Notes: generated by a model from the letters alone, not told the origin. A DNA stretch of 64,000 bases from an uncultured Actinomycetota bacterium (GCA_963738365.1 CAVTWH010000004.1:2711-66710); one strand, 5' to 3'; shown: positions 37,063-48,947, counted from the stretch's first letter. Made by a program: numbers and translations.

Positions 37063-38304
37063 ATGGCGGCACGAACGGAATCCGTCCGGGGTGTGCTCGG
37101 CCGGCTGTACCGGGGCGAGACCAACTTCAACCTGGTGGGCAACCGCAAGCGGTGGTATCTGGCGTCCGCGATCATCATCCTGATCTGCCTGGTCAGCATG
37201 GTGTTCCGCGGGTTCAACGTGGGCATCGAGTTCGCCGGCGGCAACCAGTACCTGCTCGACGTCAAGCCGGGCACCACGCTGTCCCAGGTGCGCGGCGCGG
37301 TGGAGGGCGAAGGGATCCAGGTCTCCAGCGCCCAGACCGCGGGCCGGGGCGCCACCCAGAAGTACGTCATCCGCACCGAGAAGCTGAACCCGCAGAGCGA
37401 CGCCTCCAAGATCAACGCCGTGGAGGCGGCGCTCAAGCAGGCCGGCAAGGTCGACACGGTCAACTACAGCCAGGTCAGCTCCTCCTGGGGCAAGGAGATC
37501 ACCCAGAAGGCGATCATCGCCCTGGTGGTCTTCCTGATCGTGGTCAGCGCCTTCCTGTGGATCCGGTTCCGGGAGATCAGGGTGGCCGGAGCGGCCACCC
37601 TGGCGCTGCTGCACGACCTGATCCTCACCGCCGGGGTCTACTCCCTCGTCGGCTTCGAGGTCACCCCCGGCACGGTGGTGGGTCTGCTGACCATCCTCGG
37701 TTACTCGCTCTACGACACCGTGGTCGTCTTCGACAAGGTCGACGAGAACACCAAGGGCATCCTCGGCCACACCCGCTACACCTACGCCGAGGCCGCCAAC
37801 AGCGCCGTCAACCAGACCCTCATGCGCTCCATCAACACCTCGATCATCGGCCTGCTGCCGGTGGCCGGGCTGCTCTTCGTGGGCGCCGGCATCTTCGGGG
37901 TGGGCACGCTGGAGGACCTGGCCCTGGTGCTCTTCGTCGGTATGCTCACCGGCGCGTACTCGTCGCTGTTCCTGGCCACGCCGTGGCTGGTGGACTTCCA
38001 GATGCTCGACGCCCGCTACAAGAACCACGCCCGCCGGGTGGAGGCGCGCCGCAGTGCCGACCTGGTCAAGGCCGGAACGGTCGCCAAGGCGGCGGTGGCC
38101 ACCCGCAAGGGCGGCGTCGACGAGCTGGCCGACGGCGAGGAGCCGGCGGTCGAGGACGACGTCGAGGATGACGAGGACGTGCAGTCGCGCATCGACGCGC
38201 TCGCCGGGGCGACTCCCCGGCCCGGCGCCAAGCCGGTCGCCCGGCCGGTCAAGCGGGCGCCCAGCCGGGCCACCCGGCCGGGTACCCCGAAGAAGCGACA
38301 CTGA
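37063..38304 (+). CDS. secF: protein translocase subunit SecF
   Basis: 413 aa with a SecF N-terminus (YRGETNFNLVGNRKRWY), a 6-TM core and a charged C-terminal tail. Confidence 0.93.
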   Translation: MAARTESVRGVLGRLYRGETNFNLVGNRKRWYLASAIIILICLVSMVFRGFNVGIEFAGGNQYLLDVKPGTTLSQVRGAVEGEGIQVSSAQTAGRGATQKYVIRTEKLNPQSDASKINAVEAALKQAGKVDTVNYSQVSSSWGKEITQKAIIALVVFLIVVSAFLWIRFREIRVAGAATLALLHDLILTAGVYSLVGFEVTPGTVVGLLTILGYSLYDTVVVFDKVDENTKGILGHTRYTYAEAANSAVNQTLMRSINTSIIGLLPVAGLLFVGAGIFGVGTLEDLALVLFVGMLTGAYSSLFLATPWLVDFQMLDARYKNHARRVEARRSADLVKAGTVAKAAVATRKGGVDELADGEEPAVEDDVEDDEDVQSRIDALAGATPRPGAKPVARPVKRAPSRATRPGTPKKRH

Positions 38305-38333
38305 ACGACCCGCGCAAGCGGTGACCATCCGCG

Positions 38334-38371
38334 CGACGGGCGCTCCCTGGCAGACCGGGGAGCGCCCGTCG
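38334..38371 (+). terminator. stem-loop after secF
   Basis: CGACGGGCGCTCCC (38334..38347) pairs with GGGAGCGCCCGTCG (38358..38371) around a 10-nt loop. Confidence 0.5.
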
Positions 38372-38456
38372 CAGCGTGCGGGCAGGTCCGCGCAAAGGCC
38401 GGGCGGTCGGCCCGGATCGACGGGCCCCCGGGGCCGGGTGAGCAGAGGGGGATCAG

Positions 38457-38993
38457 ATGAGTGACGGCGAGGACCGGGCCGCCGGGTACATCACCGGCGC
38501 GATGCTCGACGTCCGGGACTTCCCGCAGCCCGGGGTGGTGTTCAAGGACCTCACCCCGCTGTTCGCCGACGGGCCGGCCTTCGCCGGGGTGATCGATGCC
38601 ATCGTGGCTCGCTACCGCGGGCAGTTCGACGTCGTGGTGGGCGTGGAGGCGCGCGGGTTCGTGATCGCCGCCGCAGTGGCCTACGCGGCCGGCGTGGGGG
38701 TCGTGCCGGTCCGCAAGCGGGGCAAGCTGCCCCGGGCCACCTTCTCCGCCTCGTACGCGCTGGAGTACGGCGAGGCGACCCTGGAGGTCCACCAGGACGC
38801 CTTCATCGCCGGGCAGCGGGTGCTGCTGCTCGACGACGTGCTGGCCACCGGGGGTACCGTCGAGGCCGCCGCCTCGCTGGTGGAGCGGGCCGGCGGTGCC
38901 GTGGCCGGGGTGTGCGTGCTGCTGGAGCTGTCCTTCCTGGGCGGCCGGACGCGCCTGGGTGACCTGCCGCTGACCGCCCTGGTGACGGTCTGA
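38457..38993 (+). CDS. apt: adenine phosphoribosyltransferase
   Basis: 178 aa with DFPQPGVVFKDLTPL and the PRPP motif VLLLDDVLATGGT. Confidence 0.95.
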   Translation: MSDGEDRAAGYITGAMLDVRDFPQPGVVFKDLTPLFADGPAFAGVIDAIVARYRGQFDVVVGVEARGFVIAAAVAYAAGVGVVPVRKRGKLPRATFSASYALEYGEATLEVHQDAFIAGQRVLLLDDVLATGGTVEAAASLVERAGGAVAGVCVLLELSFLGGRTRLGDLPLTALVTV

Positions 38994-39190
38994 CCGGGCG
39001 CCGGGCGGTGCCGGCGGCACCGGCCGCTCGGACCGGTCCCGGGGAGCTGCGTCCCAGGTAGCATGGCTGGTCAGGGGGAGCGGGCCGGCGTACCCGGAAA
39101 CCGGAAGAGAACGCGGCGCCCGCTGGTTACTACGCTGGGTACCCGGCCGTGTGCCGGTCGGTGAAATCGTCGGTGAGGTGAGGAGCGGAC

Positions 39191-41629
39191 GTGGCGAATG
39201 AGGTGGCGCCGGCGGTGGCGGACTCTCCGCAGCCCGCGGTGCCGGCCGATCCGGACGGCGTACCGGCGGCTGTCGAGGCCACGCCCACGCCGTCGGAAGC
39301 GTCCCGGGCGGCCGCCGCCGAGGCCGACGGGGAGACCCCGCCGGGCGGTGGTGCGCTCTCGCTCGGCCTGGTCGGCACGCCCACCGGGCGCCGGGTCCGC
39401 GCCCGGCTCGCCCGGTTCAACGCCCCGTGGCAGAGCCAGCAGGTCAGCGAGGTGCTGGAGCCGCTCATCGCGACCCACCGGGCCACCCACGCCAAGGCCG
39501 ACGTCCGGCTGCTCCAGCGGGCGTACGAGACCGCCGCGCGCTGGCACGAGGGGCAGTACCGCAAGTCCGGCGACCCCTACATCACCCACCCGCTGGCCGT
39601 CGCCAACGTGCTGGCGGACCTGGGCATGGACACCACCACCCTGGTCGCCGCGCTGCTGCACGACACCATCGAGGACACCCCCTACACGCTGGAGGAGATG
39701 CAGGCCGAGTTCGGCGAGGAGGTCGCCCTGCTGGTCGACGGGGTGACCAAGCTGGACAAGGTCAAGCTGGGCGACGCGGCCAAGGCCGAGACCATCCGCA
39801 AGATGGTGGTGGCGATGGCCAAGGACCCCCGGGTACTGGTCATCAAGCTGGCCGACCGGCTGCACAACATGCGTACCCTCACCTTCCTGCCGCGCGCCAA
39901 GCAGGAGCAGAAGGCCAAGGAGACGCTGGAGATCCTGGCCCCGCTGGCGCACCGGCTCGGTATGAACACGATCAAGTGGGAGCTGGAGGACCTGTCCTTC
40001 GCGACCCTGTTCCCGAAGAAGTTCGAGGAGATCAGCCGGCTCATCAACGAGCACGCCCCGCAGCGCGACGCCCTGGTCAAGCAGGTCACCGGCAAGGTCG
40101 GGACAGACCTGAAGGGCTCGAAGATCAAGGCGGAGGTCACCGGGCGCCCCAAGCACCTGTACTCCATCTACCAGAAGATGATCAGCCGCAGCCGCGAGTT
40201 CGGCGAGATCAACGACCTGGTGGGGGTACGCATCCTGGTGGACAGCGTGCGCGACTGCTACGCCGCGCTCGGCGTGGTCCACGCCACCTGGCAGCCCATG
40301 CCGGGGCGGTTCAAGGACTACATCGCGATGCCCAAGTTCAACATGTACCAGTCGCTGCACACCACCGTGATCGGCCCCAACGGCAAGCCGGTGGAGATGC
40401 AGATCCGCACCTGGGCCATGCACCGCACCGCCGAGTACGGCATCGCCGCGCACTGGCGCTACAAGGAGACCAAGGGCGCCCCGGTGGTCGGCCCGCCGGC
40501 GCACATCGACGACATGACCTGGCTGCGTCAGCTGCTCGACTGGCAGCGGGAGGCCAGCGACCCGAGCGACTTCCTGGACGCGCTGCGCTACGACCTGTCC
40601 AGCCAGGAGGTCTACGTCTTCACGCCGAAGGGCGACGTGGTGGCGCTGCCCAGCGGCTCCACCCCGGTCGACTTCGCCTACGCCGTGCACACCGAGGTCG
40701 GGCACAAGTGCATCGGCGCCCGGGTCAACGGCAAGCTGGTGCCGCTGGAGTCGGAGCTGTCCAACGGCGACGTGATCGACATCTTCACCTCCAAGTCGGA
40801 GACCGCCGGCCCCACCCAGGACTGGCTCGGCTTCGTCAAGAGCCCCCGGGCGCGTACCAAGATCCGGCAGTACTTCAACAAGGAGCGCCGGGAAGAGGCC
40901 ATCGAGGCCGGCAAGGAGCAGCTCACCAAGGCCATGCGCAAGCAGGGCCTGCCGCTGCAGCGGATGGCCACCAGCGACACCCTGCTGACCATCGCGCGGG
41001 ACCTGCACCTGGCCGACGTCGCCTCGCTCTACGCCGCCATCGGCGAGGGCCAGTTCTCCGCGCAGAGCGTCGTGCACCGCCTGGTGGCCACCTACGGCGG
41101 CGAGGAGGGCGCGGTCGAGGACATCGCCGAGACCGCGGTGGCCACCCGGCCGCCCCGGGCCCGACCGGCTGCCTACGACCCGGGCGTGGTGGTCAAGGGC
41201 GTCGACGACGTCTGGATCAAGCTGGCCAAGTGCTGCACGCCGGTACCGCCGGACGCGATCTTCGGCTTCGTCACCCGTACCGGCGGGGTGAGCGTGCACC
41301 GCGACGACTGCGCCAACGCCGAGGAACTGCGCCGGCAGTCGGAGCGGATGGTGGAGGTCAGCTGGAAGGTCACCGGCGCCTCGACGTTCCTGGTGGCCAT
41401 CCAGGTGGAGGCGCTGGACCGGCACAAGCTGCTGGCCGACGTCACCCGGGTGCTCTCCGAGGAGCGGGTGAGCATCCTCTCCGCCACCGTGGCCACCACC
41501 CGGGACCGGGTGGCGGTCAGCCGGTTCACCTTCGAGATGGCCGACCCGAAGCACCTGGGTCACCTGCTCTCCGCCGTCCGCAAGGTGGACGGTGTATACG
41601 ACGCGTACCGCGTCACGTCAGGCGCCTGA
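39191..41629 (+). CDS. relA: bifunctional (p)ppGpp synthetase/hydrolase
   Basis: 812 aa with HD domain ([15 protein letters not shown]), synthetase domain (HLYSIYQKM ... YQSLHTTV), TGS and ACT regions. Confidence 0.97.
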   Translation: MANEVAPAVADSPQPAVPADPDGVPAAVEATPTPSEASRAAAAEADGETPPGGGALSLGLVGTPTGRRVRARLARFNAPWQSQQVSEVLEPLIATHRATHAKADVRLLQRAYETAARWHEGQYRKSGDPYITHPLAVANVLADLGMDTTTLVAALLHDTIEDTPYTLEEMQAEFGEEVALLVDGVTKLDKVKLGDAAKAETIRKMVVAMAKDPRVLVIKLADRLHNMRTLTFLPRAKQEQKAKETLEILAPLAHRLGMNTIKWELEDLSFATLFPKKFEEISRLINEHAPQRDALVKQVTGKVGTDLKGSKIKAEVTGRPKHLYSIYQKMISRSREFGEINDLVGVRILVDSVRDCYAALGVVHATWQPMPGRFKDYIAMPKFNMYQSLHTTVIGPNGKPVEMQIRTWAMHRTAEYGIAAHWRYKETKGAPVVGPPAHIDDMTWLRQLLDWQREASDPSDFLDALRYDLSSQEVYVFTPKGDVVALPSGSTPVDFAYAVHTEVGHKCIGARVNGKLVPLESELSNGDVIDIFTSKSETAGPTQDWLGFVKSPRARTKIRQYFNKERREEAIEAGKEQLTKAMRKQGLPLQRMATSDTLLTIARDLHLADVASLYAAIGEGQFSAQSVVHRLVATYGGEEGAVEDIAETAVATRPPRARPAAYDPGVVVKGVDDVWIKLAKCCTPVPPDAIFGFVTRTGGVSVHRDDCANAEELRRQSERMVEVSWKVTGASTFLVAIQVEALDRHKLLADVTRVLSEERVSILSATVATTRDRVAVSRFTFEMADPKHLGHLLSAVRKVDGVYDAYRVTSGA

Positions 41630-41667
41630 GGGGCACCTCACCCGGCGGGGACTGTCTGGACATGGTG

Positions 41668-41698
41668 CGACCCCCGGGAGCGAGGCTCCCGGGGGTCG
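41668..41698. terminator. bidirectional stem-loop between relA and cyclophilin gene
   Basis: CGACCCCCGGGAGC, GAG, GCTCCCGGGGGTCG. The stem is 14 bp and perfect, and it is followed by GTGCTTGTT. Confidence 0.6.
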
Positions 41699-41722
41699 GT
41701 GCTTGTTCGGTGGAGCCGCCGG

Positions 41723-42637
41723 TCAGGAGGCCGACGGGGCGGGGCTGGCCGAGGCGGCGGCCGACGGGGCCGCCGGCGCGGTCACCGCGAGGCTGCTGAT
41801 GTTGACCGGGATCTTCGGCTTGCCGTCGCCGCTGTCGCCCGCAACGCCGCCCGCGCCGACCCTCTGCACCGCCTCGATGCCGGCCGTCACGTGCCCGACG
41901 AGGGTGTAGTCCGCAGGCAGTGCCGAGGCCGGCTGGCCGCTGCCGTCGTCCTGACCGTCCGGGGTGTTCTGGTAGACGATGAAGAACTGGCTGCCGTTGC
42001 TGTTCTCCGCCTGCGAGTGGGCGATCGCGATGTCGCCGGTCACGTAGGTCGGGCGCTTGCCGGTGGGCAGGTTCTCGGTGGCGTAGCTGTAGGTCGGGCC
42101 GCCCTGGCCGGTGGCGGACGGGTCACCGCACTGCAACACGTAGAAGGGCTGGGTGGTCAGGCGGTGGCAGGTGGTGTTGTTGTAGAAGCCCTTGCTGGCC
42201 AGGTAAGCCAGGCTGGCCGAGGCGCACGGCGCCTTGGCCACGTCCAGGGTGGCGGTGATGGTGCCCTGGTTGGTGGTGATCGTCATGGTCGAGTCACCGG
42301 AGTTGGGCACCGTGGTGGGCGGCTTGCCGACGTCCTTGAGGTTCGGGTTGGCTGCCGGCGCGGGCGACGCGCTCGGGTCCGGGTCGGGCAGCCAGTTGCA
42401 GGTGGCCGCGTTGGCCGCGCCCGACGGCGTGGGCGCGGCGGTGGGCTTCTTGTCGCTCCCGCCGGCCACCGCCACGATGAGCCAGATGAGCAGGATCAGC
42501 ACCACCACGCCGGCCACGGCGCTGGCGATGATCGTGCCCTGCTTGCGGCGCTGCTTGGCCTGCGCCGCCCGCTCGGCCATCTCCCGCTCGAGCCGGGCGC
42601 GGGCTGCCGCGCGCTGACGGTCCTTGATGGTACTCAT
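41723..42637 (-). CDS. membrane-anchored cyclophilin-type peptidyl-prolyl isomerase
   Basis: A basic N-terminus, one TM helix and a cyclophilin core (FYNNTTCHRLT, LQCGDP, GSQFFIVY, GHVTAG). Confidence 0.88.
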   Translation of the reverse strand: MSTIKDRQRAAARARLEREMAERAAQAKQRRKQGTIIASAVAGVVVLILLIWLIVAVAGGSDKKPTAAPTPSGAANAATCNWLPDPDPSASPAPAANPNLKDVGKPPTTVPNSGDSTMTITTNQGTITATLDVAKAPCASASLAYLASKGFYNNTTCHRLTTQPFYVLQCGDPSATGQGGPTYSYATENLPTGKRPTYVTGDIAIAHSQAENSNGSQFFIVYQNTPDGQDDGSGQPASALPADYTLVGHVTAGIEAVQRVGAGGVAGDSGDGKPKIPVNISSLAVTAPAAPSAAASASPAPSAS

Positions 42638-42693
42638 GCTGGTCGAACCTCTTCGGATGTCGGAGCGTACGGAAGGTGTGGTCGCCGGTGGCG

Positions 42694-43623
42694 TCAGCTG
42701 GACGCGGCCGGTGCGGCGCTGGACGAAGCGGTGGGCGAGGTGCTCGGGGCGGCACTGGGTGCGGCGCTCTGGTCGGGCGGCGTACCCACGGTCAGCGCGG
42801 TGATCGTGACGGCAGTGTTCGGTGGACCGTCGGTGGCCGACTTGCCGCCGGCCGCCACGCCGCCCGCGGCCACCTTCTCCACCAGGTCCATGCCGGCGGT
42901 CACGGTGCCGAGCACGGTGTAGGTGGCCGGCAGCTTGGTGTCCTTGTAGACGATGAAGAACTGGCTGCCGTTGGTGTTCGGGCCGCCGGTCTGGGCCATC
43001 ACCACGGTGCCGCGCGGGTAGGTGTACGTCCCGGTGGCTTCCGGGTCCGGTGAGGCCGAGGCGCTCGCCGACGGGGCGGCGCTGGCGCTCGGGTCGACCG
43101 GGTCCGCCGCCGGCACGTTCTCGTCGACCGAGGTGTAGCCGGGGGTACCGCTGCCGTCGCCGACCGGGTCACCGCAGTACAACAGGTACATGTCGGCCGT
43201 GGTCAGCCGGCTGCACTTGGTGTTGCTGTAGAAGCCCTTGCCGGCCAGGTAGGACAGGCTCGCCGCGGTGCACGGGGTCTTCGCCCGGTCGATGGTGGCG
43301 CTGATCCTGCCCAGGTTGGTGTCCATGGTCAGGGTGTCGGTACCCGACTTGACGACGCCGGTGGTCGGCGGCTGGGCGATGCCCTGCACCGACGAGGTGC
43401 CGGTCGAGGTCCACAGGCAGTCGGCGGCCGTGGTCTTCTTCTTGTCGCTGGAGAAGACGCCGCCGAGGTACAGCGCACCGAACAGCAGCACCAGCACGAC
43501 GACGCCGATGGCCACACCGGCCTGGGTCTGCCGACGGCGGCGGGCCTTGTGCGCCCGCCGGACGAGCTGACGCTCCACCTTCGCGCGCGCGATCTTGCGC
43601 TGCCTGGACTTGCTGGAAGCCAC
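42694..43623 (-). CDS. membrane-anchored cyclophilin-type peptidyl-prolyl isomerase, tandem paralogue
   Basis: Same architecture as the neighbour (FYSNTKCSRLT, LYCGDP, GSQFFIVY, GTVTAG). Confidence 0.88.
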   Translation of the reverse strand: MASSKSRQRKIARAKVERQLVRRAHKARRRRQTQAGVAIGVVVLVLLFGALYLGGVFSSDKKKTTAADCLWTSTGTSSVQGIAQPPTTGVVKSGTDTLTMDTNLGRISATIDRAKTPCTAASLSYLAGKGFYSNTKCSRLTTADMYLLYCGDPVGDGSGTPGYTSVDENVPAADPVDPSASAAPSASASASPDPEATGTYTYPRGTVVMAQTGGPNTNGSQFFIVYKDTKLPATYTVLGTVTAGMDLVEKVAAGGVAAGGKSATDGPPNTAVTITALTVGTPPDQSAAPSAAPSTSPTASSSAAPAASS

Positions 43624-43865
43624 GGAGTGCTCCCCTTCTCACGGTCACCGGGACGGTATGAGCTTGGCGGGCCGGGCGCCCGGGTGAGGCACGCGACACA
43701 TCCGCCAGAGTGTACGGGTAGCCCGATCCCTCCGGGTGGGGTAGGCGGCCCCTACTGTGCCCGAGAAAAGACGTTTCAGCCAGCCGGTAGGCTCTTCTCC
43801 CAGCGACTTGTTACCACGCGCTCGTCATTGACGGCGATGGAAGTGGTCAGTGGGGAGGGTGTGAC

Positions 43866-44561
43866 GTGCTGGTCGAGGGGTTCCCGGCGCCCGGCTTCGG
43901 CACCAACTGCTACGTGGTGGCCACCGGCCCCGGCGAGGAGTGCCTGGTCATCGACCCGGGCATCGGCGCGCTCGACCAGCTGGAGGCGGTGCTCGCCCGG
44001 CACCGGCTGCGCCCCGCTGCCGTCCTGCTCACCCACGGGCACCTGGACCACACCTTCTCGGTGGCGCCGCTGTGCGGTACCCACGGCATCCCCGCCTACA
44101 TCCACCCGGACGACGACGAGCTGCTGGCCGACCCGGAGCGGGCGCTGTCGATGGACCTGACCGAGCTGTTCGGTGGCCGGCTGGAGTTCGCCGAGCCGGA
44201 GGAGGTCGAACCGCTCACCGACGGCGCCACGCTGTCGCTGGCCGGCGTCGAGCTGACCGTCGACCACGCCCCCGGCCATACCGGCGGGTCGGTGCTGCTG
44301 CGCGGGGCGCGCGACGGCCGGCCGCTGTGCTTCAGCGGTGACGTGCTGTTCGCCGGCTCCGTCGGGCGCACCGACCTGCCGGGCGGCGACAGCCGGGCGA
44401 TGCAGGCCAGCCTCCGGGACAAGATCCTCCCGCTGGCCGACGAGACCCTGGTGCTGCCCGGCCACGGCCCGTCCACGACCATCGGCCGCGAGCGCGTCAG
44501 CAACCCGTACCTGCGCAACCTTCCCGAGGACAGCGCAGCGGCCCCCAACCGAGGCTGGTAA
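43866..44561 (+). CDS. MBL-fold hydrolase (hydroxyacylglutathione hydrolase-like)
   Basis: THGHLDHTF motif. It sits at the conserved position between ppi and hisS. GGGGAGGG SD precedes GTG 43866. Confidence 0.85.
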   Translation: MLVEGFPAPGFGTNCYVVATGPGEECLVIDPGIGALDQLEAVLARHRLRPAAVLLTHGHLDHTFSVAPLCGTHGIPAYIHPDDDELLADPERALSMDLTELFGGRLEFAEPEEVEPLTDGATLSLAGVELTVDHAPGHTGGSVLLRGARDGRPLCFSGDVLFAGSVGRTDLPGGDSRAMQASLRDKILPLADETLVLPGHGPSTTIGRERVSNPYLRNLPEDSAAAPNRGW

Positions 44562-44569
44562 CCACCGAC

Positions 44570-45916
44570 ATGGCACGCATCGCTCCGCTCTCCGGCTTCC
44601 CGGAGTGGCTGCCGGCGCAGCAGATCGTCGAGCAGCAGCTCATCGACCGTATCCGGCGCACCTTCGAGCTCTACGGCTTCGCCCCGCTGAACACCCGCGC
44701 GGTGGAGCCGCTGGACCAGTTGCTGCGCAAAGGGGAGACCTCGAAGGAGGTGTACCTGCTGCGCCGGCTGCAGGGCGACCCGGACAGCGCGGACACCGAC
44801 GACGCGCTGGGCCTGCACTTCGACCTGACCGTGCCGTTCGCCCGGTATGTCGTTGAGAATGCCGGAAAGCTGCCCTTCCCGTTCCGCCGGTACCAGATCC
44901 AGAAGGTCTGGCGGGGGGAGCGGCCGCAGGAGGGGCGCTACCGCGAGTTCACCCAGGCGGACATCGACATCGTCGATCGGGACAGCCTGCCGTTCCACTA
45001 CGAGGTCGAGATACCGCTGGTGATCATCGACGCGCTCGCCGCCCTGCCGATCCCGCCCATCCGGGTGCAGGTCAACAACCGCAAGCTGTGTGAGGGCTTC
45101 TACCGGGGCCTGGGGCTGGCCGAGCCGGACGCGGCGCTGCGCGCCGTGGACAAGCTCGACAAGATCGGCCCGGCCAAGGTGGCGCAGCTGCTCGCCGACA
45201 CCGCCGGGGCCACCGACGCGCAGGCCAAGGCGTGCCTGGCGCTGGCCGAGATCTCCGCCGAGGACACCTCGTTCGTCGACGCCGTTCGCGCGCTCGGGGT
45301 CAGCGACCCGCTGCTGGACGAGGGGCTGGACGAGCTGGCCCGGGTGGTCGAGGCGGCCCGGGAGCACGCCCCCGGCCGGCTGGTCGCCGAGTTGAAGATC
45401 GCCCGGGGCCTGGACTACTACACCGGCACCGTCTACGAGACCCAGCTGCTCGGGTACGAGCGGTTCGGCTCGATCTGCTCCGGCGGCCGGTACGACAACC
45501 TGGCCAGCTCCGGTGCCGAGACCTACCCCGGCGTGGGCATCTCCATCGGGGTGACCCGGCTGCTCGGGCTGCTCTTCGGGGCCGGGGCGCTGGGCGCCTC
45601 CCGGTCCGTACCCACCTGTGTGCTGGTGGCCCTGCCGGACGAGGAGTCCCGGCCGGCCTGCGACCGGATCGCCGCCCGGCTGCGCTCCCGCGGCATCGCC
45701 ACCGAGGTGGCCCCCGTTCCGGCCAAGTTCGGCAAGCAGATCCGCTTCGCCGAACGCCGGGGCATCCCCTACGTCTGGTTCCCAGGCGCCTCGCTGGGCG
45801 AGATCACCACGCCTGACCAGGTCAAGGACATCCGCTCGGGCGACCAGACGGAGGCCGACCCGGCCAGCTGGAGCCCGCCCGCCGCCGACCTCACCGCCAA
45901 CGTCACCACTGCCTAG
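44570..45916 (+). CDS. hisS: histidine--tRNA ligase
   Basis: 448 aa with class II motifs ([36 protein letters not shown]). Confidence 0.96.
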   Translation: MARIAPLSGFPEWLPAQQIVEQQLIDRIRRTFELYGFAPLNTRAVEPLDQLLRKGETSKEVYLLRRLQGDPDSADTDDALGLHFDLTVPFARYVVENAGKLPFPFRRYQIQKVWRGERPQEGRYREFTQADIDIVDRDSLPFHYEVEIPLVIIDALAALPIPPIRVQVNNRKLCEGFYRGLGLAEPDAALRAVDKLDKIGPAKVAQLLADTAGATDAQAKACLALAEISAEDTSFVDAVRALGVSDPLLDEGLDELARVVEAAREHAPGRLVAELKIARGLDYYTGTVYETQLLGYERFGSICSGGRYDNLASSGAETYPGVGISIGVTRLLGLLFGAGALGASRSVPTCVLVALPDEESRPACDRIAARLRSRGIATEVAPVPAKFGKQIRFAERRGIPYVWFPGASLGEITTPDQVKDIRSGDQTEADPASWSPPAADLTANVTTA

Positions 45917-46137
45917 CACTCGGCCCCCTGGCACCCGGCCCGGCCCGGCCCGTCCGGCGTGCCGGGCCCGGGGCGGGAGCCGGGTCCGCGGGTTCCGGGT
46001 GGTGGCCGTGTCCGGGGGCTGAGCGGAGCACCAGCCCCGAGATCGCTGAGCCCGCAAGATCGCTGAGCGACCAGGGGAAAAGTGGGCCGCGGCGGGGTGG
46101 AAGAATGCGGGACGACCGACGAGTTGAAGGAGTAGTT

Positions 46138-47934
46138 GTGATCCGCAGCCAGAACGCCGGCAGCCTGCGCGCCTCGGATGTCGGCAGCACGGTCACCCTG
46201 GCCGGCTGGGTGGCCCGCCGGCGTGACCACGGCGGCGTGATCTTCGTCGACCTGCGGGACGCCTCCGGTGTGGTCCAGATCGTCTTCCGCGAGGGGCCGG
46301 TCGCCGAGCAGGCGCACGCGCTGCGCAACGAGTACTGCGTGAAGGTCACCGGCGCGGTGGAGCGCCGCCCGGCCGGCAACGAGAACCCGGAGCTGCCCAC
46401 CGGCGAGGTCGAGGTCACCGTCACCGAGCTGGAGATCCTCTCCGAGGCGGCGCCGCTGCCCATCCCGGTGGACGACCACGTGGACGCCGGCGACGACCTG
46501 CGGCTGCGCTTCCGCTACCTGGACCTGCGCCGCAGCGGCCCGGCCGCCGCGTTGAAGCTGCGCAGCCGGGCCAACCGGATCGCCCGCGACGTGCTCGACG
46601 CCCGGGACTTCGTCGAGATCGAGACCCCGACGCTGACCCGCTCGACGCCGGAGGGGGCGCGCGACTTCCTGGTTCCGGTGCGCCTTCAGCCGGGCAGCTG
46701 GTACGCCCTGCCGCAGTCGCCGCAGCTGTTCAAGCAGCTGCTCATGGTGGCCGGCATGGAGCGCTACTACCAGATCGCCCGGTGCTACCGGGACGAGGAC
46801 TTCCGCGCCGACCGGCAGCCCGAGTTCACCCAGCTGGACATCGAGATGTCCTTCGTCACCGAGGACGACGTGATCGAGCTGGGTACCGACATCGTCCGGG
46901 CGCTCTGGGCCGACCTGGCGGGGCACCCGATCACCGCGCCGATCCCGCGGCTGACCTGGCACGAGGCGATGGCCCGGTACGGCTCCGACAAGCCCGACCT
47001 GCGCTACGGCGTGGAGCTCACCGACCTCACCGGCTACCTGCGGGGCACCGAGTTCCGGGTGTTCGCCGGCGCCATCGCGGCCGGCGGGTACGTCGGCGCC
47101 GTGGTGATGCCGGGCGGCGCCGCCCAGACCCGCAAGGAGCTGGACGGCTGGCAGGACTGGGCGCGCTCGCGCGGCGCCAAGGGCCTGGCCTACGTGGTGC
47201 TGGACGCGGAGACCGGCGAGCCGCGCGGCCCGGTCGCCAAGAACCTCTCCGAGGCGCACCTGTCCGGCCTGGCCGACGCGGTGGGCGCCAAGCCGGGCGA
47301 CGCGATCTTCTTCGCCGCCGCCGACCGGGCGCGGGAGGCGCAGGAGCTGCTCGGCGCCGCCCGGGTGGAGATCGCCAAGCGGGCCGGCCTGGCCGACCCG
47401 GCCGCCTGGGCGTTCTGCTGGATCGTGGACGCACCGATGTTCGAGCCGGCCATCGACGACAACGGGGTGCAGGTCGGCTGGGCCGCCGTGCACCACCCGT
47501 TCACCTCGCCCAACGGCGAGTGGATCGACCGCTTCGAGGAGGCGCCGGACCGGGCGCTGGCCTATGCGTACGACATCGTCTGCAACGGCAACGAGATCGG
47601 CGGCGGCTCGGTCCGTATCCACAGCGCCGCCGTGCAGCGGCGGGTCTTCACCACCCTGGGCATCAGCGAGGCGGAGGCCAGCGAGAAGTTCGGCTTCCTG
47701 CTGGAGGCGTTCAAGTACGGCCCGCCGCCGCATGGCGGCATCGCCTTCGGCTGGGACCGCATCTGCATGCTGCTGGCCGGCGCGGACTCGATCCGCGAGG
47801 TGATCGCGTTCCCGAAGACCCGGGGCGGCTTCGACCCGCTGACCGGGGCGCCCACGCCGATCACCGCGGTGCAGCGCCGGGAGGCGGGCATCGACGGCAA
47901 GCCCAAGGGGGTGCCGGCGGCGCCCGGCGCCTGA
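46138..47934 (+). CDS. aspS: aspartate--tRNA ligase
   Basis: ORF 46105..47934. GTG 46138 is preceded by GAAGGAG (46126..46132). It contains [29 protein letters not shown] and GGGSVRIH. Confidence 0.96.
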   Translation: MIRSQNAGSLRASDVGSTVTLAGWVARRRDHGGVIFVDLRDASGVVQIVFREGPVAEQAHALRNEYCVKVTGAVERRPAGNENPELPTGEVEVTVTELEILSEAAPLPIPVDDHVDAGDDLRLRFRYLDLRRSGPAAALKLRSRANRIARDVLDARDFVEIETPTLTRSTPEGARDFLVPVRLQPGSWYALPQSPQLFKQLLMVAGMERYYQIARCYRDEDFRADRQPEFTQLDIEMSFVTEDDVIELGTDIVRALWADLAGHPITAPIPRLTWHEAMARYGSDKPDLRYGVELTDLTGYLRGTEFRVFAGAIAAGGYVGAVVMPGGAAQTRKELDGWQDWARSRGAKGLAYVVLDAETGEPRGPVAKNLSEAHLSGLADAVGAKPGDAIFFAAADRAREAQELLGAARVEIAKRAGLADPAAWAFCWIVDAPMFEPAIDDNGVQVGWAAVHHPFTSPNGEWIDRFEEAPDRALAYAYDIVCNGNEIGGGSVRIHSAAVQRRVFTTLGISEAEASEKFGFLLEAFKYGPPPHGGIAFGWDRICMLLAGADSIREVIAFPKTRGGFDPLTGAPTPITAVQRREAGIDGKPKGVPAAPGA

Positions 47935-47942
47935 TCTGTCGT

Positions 47943-47984
47943 CAGTGGAGCCCCGGGCCGCCCCGTGCGCCCGGGGCTCCACTG
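47943..47984 (+). terminator. stem-loop after aspS
   Basis: CAGTGGAGCCCCGGG (47943..47957) pairs with CCCGGGGCTCCACTG (47970..47984) around a 12-nt loop. Confidence 0.6.
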
Positions 47985-48140
47985 TGTCCGCCGGGCTCCG
48001 CTGTTCGGTCAGGTTCCACCCAAGGTGTCGGCGTGTTGATTGACGGCGCGCCTGTCGCGGCCCACGGTGTGAACGCCTGTCGGCCGATGTCCTGAGTGGA
48101 CATGGGTCGAGTTCGAACGTTCCATGGGGAGGTACGCGCC

Positions 48141-48839
48141 ATGCCTGAGGCGCACGACCAACGACTGACCCTGCACATCCTCACCCACGTGCCCGAGCAT
48201 GAGCCCCGTGAGGACGACCCGCACTACCACCTGTTCGAGCAGGTCAAGGCCCGGATGAAGCGGCAGGGCCTGTGGAAGTGTGTGATCAACGACGACTACT
48301 GTGACGGCAACGTCGAGCTGCACCACTCGCATGTGGAGTTCTCGCAGGTCAACAGCATCGACATCAAACGGGTTAACACACAGCTCGGCCTGGACCTGGA
48401 CGACGACAAGGAGTTCCAGGAGTGGATCGAGTCGCCCGGCAACCTTGAGCCGCTGTGCACCGTGCACCACCGTACCCACTTCGGCGTGCACGTGATCCCC
48501 GGCCCGCTCTGGGAGCCGCTGCGCTACCGGCGCAAGGGCGCCAAGCCGTCCGCCGAGTTCCTCACCGCCGACGAGGCGATGGCCGACCCGGACAACACGG
48601 TGGTCGAGAAGACGGTGAAGACCACCACCACCCGGCGTCGCCCCACCGCCGCCGGGGTCGAGGCGGACACCAGGACCGACGTGAAGAAGGCGGTCAAGGT
48701 GGTCGCGCCGGATCACCACACGGTCGAGGCGAAGGTGGAGCACCGTACCGCCGTGGAGCACGTGGAGGCGTCGGTACCCCGGCAGCGGGCGCCGAGGAAG
48801 GAGAAGAAGGGCTTCTTCGGCCGGCTGTTCGGCGGCTGA
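48141..48839 (+). CDS. hypothetical protein with HNH/His-Me-finger-like Cys-His motif
   Basis: ATG 48141 with GGGGAGG SD (48126..48132). The pattern is CVINDDYC ... ELHHSHVEF ... NLEPLCTVHH, followed by a charged K/R/T/E-rich tail. It is lower in GC than its neighbours by hand count. Confidence 0.7.
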   Translation: MPEAHDQRLTLHILTHVPEHEPREDDPHYHLFEQVKARMKRQGLWKCVINDDYCDGNVELHHSHVEFSQVNSIDIKRVNTQLGLDLDDDKEFQEWIESPGNLEPLCTVHHRTHFGVHVIPGPLWEPLRYRRKGAKPSAEFLTADEAMADPDNTVVEKTVKTTTTRRRPTAAGVEADTRTDVKKAVKVVAPDHHTVEAKVEHRTAVEHVEASVPRQRAPRKEKKGFFGRLFGG

Positions 48840-48947
48840 CCTGGGGCCACCGCGACGGCGCGGGCCAGCGGTTCGTTTCGATGACCGGGGTGCGGGGTAT
48901 CGCCTGCGGCAACCTGATCTCGATCTCCTCACCTCTCGGAGGCACCC

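Noticed and set aside
48111-48122. The GTTCGAACGTTC palindromes upstream of the HNH-like gene, considered as a LexA box.
   Set aside because: They contain SOS-box half-site-like words, but the spacing does not fit TCGAAC-N4-GTTCGA. I kept them only as an unexplained operator-like palindrome.
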